Source of the DNA: an uncultured delta proteobacterium
GTDB lineage: Bacteria > Desulfobacterota > Binatia > DP-6
Direction of reading: 5' to 3'
DNA length: 64,000 bases
Assembly: GCA_963815115.1 (NCBI GenBank)
Contig: CAWFFN010000008.1
Location: forward strand, 224,001-288,000
The translations under genes were made by a program, and so were the position numbers. The notes below the pieces were generated by a model. That model was not told the origin of the DNA and ran no database searches. It worked only from the letters and a program-made list of their open reading frames with translations. Of this stretch, positions 58,807 through 64,000 are shown in pieces (position 1 is the stretch's first letter; the number at the start of each line of letters is the position of its first letter).

Positions 58807-60212
58807 TGCTGCGCTGCCTCGGCGACGATCGAGAAGCGCTCCTTATCGCCCTGCTTCGTCGTGGGTGAGCTGAAGGTCACGTTCTTGAAGCGCTTCGACT
58901 TCTCGAGCGCCGTGATGAGGTCGGACGCCGAGCGTGCCTGGCCATCGAGGGAGAGCTTGCCCCCGCGCACGTTGAGTCCGGTGAGAAAGGCGTCGTTCGG
59001 CACCAGCTCGGTCAGATCCTTGAGCAGCGGGGTGAGGCGAGGCTCCTGACCTTCGCTCAGCGTGTCGATCTCACGCTGGAGACCCTCGATCTCCGCCTGC
59101 AGCGCCTTCACCTCGCGCACCTCCGGCCCGATCGCCTCGATCTGGGCCTGGAGCTGGCGCTGCAGCAGCACGTCCTTGACGAGCGCGCTTCCTCCCCACA
59201 CCAGCAGGAGCAACGCGGAGCAGGCGACCAGCACGACGGTGGTGAGCGAGAGCCCCTCGTCGGCGCCGCGACGTCCCTCCGCGGGCAGCAGGTTCAGCGG
59301 GACGGTGCCCTCGCGCACCGCGTCGAGCGCGGCACCCAGGGCGGGCAGCATGGCGGGCTCGGCGGACGCGAAGAACTCCTCCGTCGCCCCGAGGCGGCCG
59401 CGCGCCAGCGCGAGCAGATCGCCCTCCCCCGGCATCGGGATGGCCGGCGCGGCGCCGTTCGCCAGCTCCCAGCGGTAGAGCGGCACGTTCTCCACCAGGA
59501 GCGCCTGATCGGTCAGCTGGCGGGCCACGGAGCGCTCGAGCGCGGCCGCGTCCGCGAGCCGCTTCGCCGGCACCAGCTGGCTCGACAGCAGCTGGCCTCC
59601 GGAGAGGAGCGCGACCTCCATGGCACCCGGCGCGCTCACCAGCAGGCCGAGCGGACCGGCCTCGCCGCGACAGAAGGTGATGAAGTCGGCGATCGCCGTC
59701 GACGCCAGCACGATGCCGCGCGGCCGCACCAGCGCGTCCTCCAGCGCCTCGAGGTAGCCGCGCACGACCACGCGCGGAATGCACATGAGCAGCACCTCGA
59801 GCCGCTCCTCGCCGTAGTCGCGCGCGGAGTAGTCGTAGTAGATCTCGTCGCGCGACAGGGGGATGAGGTTCTCGATCTCGTATTCGAGAACCTGGGCGAG
59901 GTTCTCCCGTGCGGCCGCGGGCAGGAGCACGCGATTGAAAGCCGCCTCCGTGCGCGGCACGCAGAGCACGGTGCGGCGCGTGTCGACCCCGCCCTCGCGC
60001 GTGAACGCGACGACCGCATTGGTGAGCGCCTGCCGGCGCTCCGCGGGCAGCTCGAGCCCCGGCAGCGGGACCGTGGCCGTCCGCCGCACCGTGACCCGGA
60101 ACAGCCGCTTGCTGAGATGCGCGAAGGCCACCTCGTGGCTGCCGACGTAGATGCCGAGGCCGTCGACGAAGTCCGCCCGCCGGAGCCGCTGCGACAGCTC
60201 GCCGAGGGTCAC
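58803..60212 (-). CDS. gspL: Type II secretion protein L (PilM/PilN-like)
   Basis: Actin-like N domain, NLLP, TM, coiled coil and PilN-like C domain. Confidence 0.85.
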   Translation of the reverse strand: MTLGELSQRLRRADFVDGLGIYVGSHEVAFAHLSKRLFRVTVRRTATVPLPGLELPAERRQALTNAVVAFTREGGVDTRRTVLCVPRTEAAFNRVLLPAAARENLAQVLEYEIENLIPLSRDEIYYDYSARDYGEERLEVLLMCIPRVVVRGYLEALEDALVRPRGIVLASTAIADFITFCRGEAGPLGLLVSAPGAMEVALLSGGQLLSSQLVPAKRLADAAALERSVARQLTDQALLVENVPLYRWELANGAAPAIPMPGEGDLLALARGRLGATEEFFASAEPAMLPALGAALDAVREGTVPLNLLPAEGRRGADEGLSLTTVVLVACSALLLLVWGGSALVKDVLLQRQLQAQIEAIGPEVREVKALQAEIEGLQREIDTLSEGQEPRLTPLLKDLTELVPNDAFLTGLNVRGGKLSLDGQARSASDLITALEKSKRFKNVTFSSPTTKQGDKERFSIVAEAAQQ

Positions 60213-61312
60213 GACGGCTTCTCCGGGATGGCGCCGGTCGGCAGCGCGCCGGTCCAGGGCGCGCGATCGAGCCACAGCTCCGGCTGCGGCTCGTCGAGAT
60301 TTCCCTCCTCGAGCTCCCACACGGCGGCGATCGTCGCCCGGTTGCGCGGCTGCGAGGAGTCGGCGCGGGCCTCGATCATGACGGTGTGCGCCGGCTCGTC
60401 CACCAGCTTGTCCTGCAGCGTGGGATCGATGGCGGCCACCTTGGTCTGCAGCGCGGTCACGAAGTCGGCGGGGTTCTCGTCGCGCTGCGCGATGAGATCG
60501 GCGGCCTCGGCGGCCTCGAGCCCGAGCAGCGCCTGGAGCACCGGAGCGGCGACGGTGCGGGCGTTGATGGTATCGGTCTTCTTGTTGAAGACCGTGATGA
60601 CGTCCTTCAGCCCGGGCCGGTCCTCGCTGCCGTAGAACAGGTCCGCCGTGACGCCGCGCACCTGGAGCAGCTCCTGCGGATAGTCGAAAAAGCCGTTCTT
60701 GGCCGGGTAGCCCCGGTTCGAGCGATACCACTTGCTCTCCGCCCCGTGCGTGCGCTCGAGCGAATCGGTGTCGCGCCAGTCGAGGATGGAGTCCACGATC
60801 TCGGCGATCTCCTGCTCCGTCCGGTTGTTGACGCCCTTGGTGGCGTTCCCGCCCCGCACCAGGTTGGTGATCACCCGCGTCAGCATCGCCTCGTTGGCGC
60901 GATTGATCGGGATGCGGCCGCCCTCGTCGCTCACCCGCACCTCGTACTGCACGCCGTGGAAGGTGTCCGCGTGCCACTGGCCGTCCGCCTTGAGGGTGTC
61001 GTCCTCGTCGTCCTGTTCGTCGAATCCCGCGTTGTTGTGCGCGGACTTCGGGTCGGTCGCGCTCCCCGTGCGCATGCCGGTGGCGGGGTTCTGCTCGCGC
61101 GCGACCTTCGCCTGCCAGAGCGCCTTGTGCATGCCGGCAAGCGCCACGTAGTAGCCCTGGGTCTCGTCGGCGAAGTTCACTGCCGCCATGGCGTCGTCGC
61201 GCATGTAGCGCGAGAAATCGAGCGCCAGGACCCCCAGGATCATGAACGCCCAGAGCACGAGCAGGAGGGCGATGCCGCGCTGGCGATCGCGAGGGAGGCG
61301 TTGCCCCGTCAC
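60209..61312 (-). CDS. gspK: Type II secretion minor pseudopilin K
   Basis: QRGIALLLVL, DEGGRIPIN, ILDWRD.D and ELLQVRG. Confidence 0.93.
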   Translation of the reverse strand: MTGQRLPRDRQRGIALLLVLWAFMILGVLALDFSRYMRDDAMAAVNFADETQGYYVALAGMHKALWQAKVAREQNPATGMRTGSATDPKSAHNNAGFDEQDDEDDTLKADGQWHADTFHGVQYEVRVSDEGGRIPINRANEAMLTRVITNLVRGGNATKGVNNRTEQEIAEIVDSILDWRDTDSLERTHGAESKWYRSNRGYPAKNGFFDYPQELLQVRGVTADLFYGSEDRPGLKDVITVFNKKTDTINARTVAAPVLQALLGLEAAEAADLIAQRDENPADFVTALQTKVAAIDPTLQDKLVDEPAHTVMIEARADSSQPRNRATIAAVWELEEGNLDEPQPELWLDRAPWTGALPTGAIPEKPS

Positions 61313-62103
61313 TCCTCGTCCCCCTCGTCGCTTTCGCTCTCCGTATCCGACGATTCGCCGCTCTCGCTGGACTGCTGCTCGTTGCCCATCTGCTGCTCGT
61401 TACCCTTCTCGGGAAGACCCTCCTCGTTGGCCTCCGCGCCGCCCTCGGTGAGGGTGGAGACCATGATGGGAATCTCCTGGCCCCAGGTGTCGACCTCGAG
61501 CCCGGGCAGGCCGTCGACCATGATGCGAATGGCGTTGGGCAGGATCTCCTCCTCGCGTGCGTCCCACGAGGAGCGCCACTCGGTATCGCTGCCGTCGTCC
61601 AGCAGGTACTGGAAGCGCAGCGTGCGGAAGCCGTCCAGCACCGCGGTGGTACGCTCACCGGCGCGCTCCATCCTGTCGCGACCGAGGCCGTCGGAGGAGA
61701 AGGATGGGCTCTCCGTGAGCATCAGACAGGGAGGGTTAGGGCAGGACTGATCCCTGTCCTCCTTCAGCTTGTAGGTCACGCGCGCGAGCGTTCCGCCCCC
61801 TTGCAGCGCGGCCGCGGTGATGAAGCTCATCGAGTTGCCCGTGCCGACGAAGTAGGGATAGACCTCGTCGTCCTCGGTCCGCACCGGGTACGGGACGGCG
61901 GACTTCACCTGGCGAATCAGAACGTCGCTCGCCACCCGCAGGCGCTGCGCAGTGACCACCGCCACTTCCCCCCGCTCCACGGCCCGCATGCCGAGATGGA
62001 AGGCCGCATAGCAGATCGCGGTCACCATCACGAGCGAGGTCATCGCGAGCAGGACCTCCAGGAGGGTGAAGCCCGCGCGCCGATCGGCCGGGCGGCTACT
62101 CAT
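61309..62103 (-). CDS. gspJ: Type II secretion minor pseudopilin J
   Basis: GFTLLEVL prepilin motif and W...W....LP.AI.I; gene order. Confidence 0.85.
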   Translation of the reverse strand: MSSRPADRRAGFTLLEVLLAMTSLVMVTAICYAAFHLGMRAVERGEVAVVTAQRLRVASDVLIRQVKSAVPYPVRTEDDEVYPYFVGTGNSMSFITAAALQGGGTLARVTYKLKEDRDQSCPNPPCLMLTESPSFSSDGLGRDRMERAGERTTAVLDGFRTLRFQYLLDDGSDTEWRSSWDAREEEILPNAIRIMVDGLPGLEVDTWGQEIPIMVSTLTEGGAEANEEGLPEKGNEQQMGNEQQSSESGESSDTESESDEGDEE

Positions 62104-62509
62104 CCTCGCGCGCCATCCGCATGCTGCGGAGCGTGTACTTCTTCGCGCCCGTGCCGTCCTGCCACGCCACCTCCACTTCCAGGTAGCGCAGGGTGTCGTC
62201 CGGCGCGGCGTCGGGATCGGTCTCCGCGAGGCCGTCGCCGGCGTCGGCGTGACGCACCGTGACCTTGGTGCGAAATCCCTCGGCGGTGGTGAACTCCTGC
62301 GTGTGATCCTTCAGCTCGCGCTGGAAGATGAGCGCGTCCATCGCGGCGCGCGCGTGCAGCACGGCGCGGCTCTGCCGCGACGCCCGGTCTTCCAGGCGGA
62401 GACCCCCGCTGAAGACCTGCATGCACGCCACCATGCCGATGCCGCAGATGGCGAGCGCGACGGCGATCTCGAGCAGCGTGAAGCCGCCGGCGCGGGGAGG
62501 TCGCGTCAT
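62096..62509 (-). CDS. gspI: Type II secretion minor pseudopilin I
   Basis: GFTLLEIAVAL and V.V.W; gene order. Confidence 0.82.
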   Translation of the reverse strand: MTRPPRAGGFTLLEIAVALAICGIGMVACMQVFSGGLRLEDRASRQSRAVLHARAAMDALIFQRELKDHTQEFTTAEGFRTKVTVRHADAGDGLAETDPDAAPDDTLRYLEVEVAWQDGTGAKKYTLRSMRMAREDE

Positions 62510-62970
62510 GATTCGGCGTCTCGCACCCGCACGGTTCCCACCAGCGGATCGAGCGTGATCCGGAGGCGGTTGCGGGTGCGATCGCGGCGGCTGGCGACGA
62601 CGACGTCGGCGCCGCTGGTGCTGCCGTTGGGGTAGAACAGAACCTGGACCGCGCCGTCGCCGAGCGCGGCTCCGCCGTCGACGCGCTCGATGATCGCCCG
62701 ATCCGTGAGCACGGCCCAGCGACCCCGGTCCGAGGTGGCGATGAGGTTGCGCTCGGGGTTGATGACGAGCTCCTGCGGCTCGGCCTTCGACACCGCTTCC
62801 ACCCGACAGTGGACCATCGTCGCGGCGATCTGCCGCGCCGCGCGCCGCACCTCGCGCGAATCGAACCCTCCTTCGATGAGGGGCACGGCCAGCGTCATCC
62901 CGATGGCGATGACGACGAGGACCACCGTCATCTCGATGAGCGTGAACCCGCGACGGCACTGCCGGCTCAC
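62506..62970 (-). CDS. gspH: Type II secretion minor pseudopilin H
   Basis: GFTLIEM and FYPNGSTSG. Confidence 0.88.
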   Translation of the reverse strand: MSRQCRRGFTLIEMTVVLVVIAIGMTLAVPLIEGGFDSREVRRAARQIAATMVHCRVEAVSKAEPQELVINPERNLIATSDRGRWAVLTDRAIIERVDGGAALGDGAVQVLFYPNGSTSGADVVVASRRDRTRNRLRITLDPLVGTVRVRDAES

Positions 62971-63398
62971 CCGCTGTCGCCTCCCCAGCTGGTGACGTCG
63001 CGGTTGTTGTCCGTGCCGCCGGGCGCACCGTCGGCGCCGAGCGAGTACAGGTCGTAGGGCCGGCCAGCCTCACCCGGGCTGCGGTACAGATACGGCCGGT
63101 CCCAGGGATCCTTGGGGACGCCCTTGTTCAGGTACGGACCGTCCCACCGGTCCACCCCCATGGGGCGCTGGACCAGCACCGCCAGGCCCTCCTGGCTGGT
63201 CGGATAGCGTCCGACGTCGAGTCGGAACGTGTCCAGCACGGTTCCCAGGCGCTCGATCTGCATCGCGGCCGCCTGCACCTTCGCCTTCTCGGAGCGGCCG
63301 ATCAGGTTCGGCCCCACGAGCGCCATCAAGAGCCCGATGATCACCATGACCACCATGATCTCGATGAGGGTGAAGCCCGCCTGTCGTCGTCGTGCCAT
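62967..63398 (-). CDS. gspG: Type II secretion major pseudopilin G
   Basis: GFTLIEIMVV, GRYPT..EGL..L, W.GPYL, DPW..PY.Y and S.GADG. Confidence 0.97.
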   Translation of the reverse strand: MARRRQAGFTLIEIMVVMVIIGLLMALVGPNLIGRSEKAKVQAAAMQIERLGTVLDTFRLDVGRYPTSQEGLAVLVQRPMGVDRWDGPYLNKGVPKDPWDRPYLYRSPGEAGRPYDLYSLGADGAPGGTDNNRDVTSWGGDSG

Positions 63399-63413
63399 GT
63401 TTCCGTCCTCTCT

Positions 63414-64000
63414 TCACATGGGAAGATCGTTGACGCTGAAGATCGCCGACAGCATCGACACGACGATGAAGCCGACGATGAGCCCCATGACCAGGATCAG
63501 CACGGGCTCGAGCAGCCGCGTGAACTGCTGGATGCGCGTGCTCGTCTCGCGGTCGAAGTAGTCGGCCACCTTGAGCAGCATGTCGTCGAGGCGGCCGGTC
63601 TCCTGGCCCACCGAGATCATCTGGATGGCGAGGGGCGGGAAGACCCCCGAGCGTGCCAGCGGCTCCGCCACGCCCTCGCCTTCGCGAACGCCGACCTCGA
63701 CCTCCGCCAGCGAGCGAGCGACGACCTGGTTGCCAGCGATCTCCTTGACGATGCCGAGGGCCTGTACCATCGGCACGCCGCTCTTGAGGAGCGTCCCGAG
63801 GGTGCGGGCGATCTTCGCGACCTCGAGCTTCCGCATGACGTCGCCGAGGAGGACGACGCGGAGCTTCCACTGGTCGAAGGCGAGGCTCCCGTGCGGCGTG
63901 CGCACGTACCATCGGACGACGAAGACCACGAGCGCGATGATCCCGATCCCGAGCCACCAGTAGCCGCGCACGGCGTCCGACACGCCCAGCACGAGGCGCG
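63414..64000 (-). CDS. gspF: Type II secretion inner-membrane platform protein F (5' part outside the window)
   Basis: RTLGTLLKSGVP, GQETGRLD.ML.KVAD and LLEP. Confidence 0.95.
   Translation of the reverse strand, partial: RLVLGVSDAVRGYWWLGIGIIALVVFVVRWYVRTPHGSLAFDQWKLRVVLLGDVMRKLEVAKIARTLGTLLKSGVPMVQALGIVKEIAGNQVVARSLAEVEVGVREGEGVAEPLARSGVFPPLAIQMISVGQETGRLDDMLLKVADYFDRETSTRIQQFTRLLEPVLILVMGLIVGFIVVSMLSAIFSVNDLPM

Noticed and set aside
54420-64000. Type IV pilus operon
   Set aside because: GspG, GspK and GspD signatures and the gene order indicate T2SS.

Overview
This is high-GC (about 70%) bacterial DNA. Gene content (Cys-rich secreted proteins with poly-Thr linkers, a deltaproteobacterial-type T2SS) suggests Candidatus Binatia or a related lineage, which is an inference. 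Four blocks are visible. (1) 1-10.4 kb is a mosaic accessory region with lower-GC patches, a trypsin-like protease running off the edge, a putative HEPN-motif protein, secreted Cys-rich/Thr-linker proteins, and three copies of an unexplained 49-87 bp element, two of which abut clearly 5'-truncated genes. (2) 10.5-20.2 kb is housekeeping: MMPL/RND transporter, glpX, class I aldolase, Mut7-C, a lipoprotein aminopeptidase and a heterodimeric ABC exporter. (3) 20.3-49.6 kb is a large surface-glycan locus: ten GT2/GT4 glycosyltransferases, two tandem GT-C-like membrane proteins, Wzm/Wzt, methyltransferases, an acyltransferase, two sulfatase-like proteins with a Thr in place of the Cys/Ser motif, rmlC/rmlD and an SDR. 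A mucin-like Thr-rich secreted protein gene sits inside this locus. (4) 49.6-64 kb holds an M6 metalloprotease, a PKD lipoprotein, pyrD, rimI, a ferredoxin-TM-HSP20-like fusion and a T2SS operon (gspF-G-H-I-J-K-L-M-C-like-D). No rRNA, tRNA, CRISPR array, transposase or integrase was recognised. All family calls come from motif recognition by eye, not database searches.
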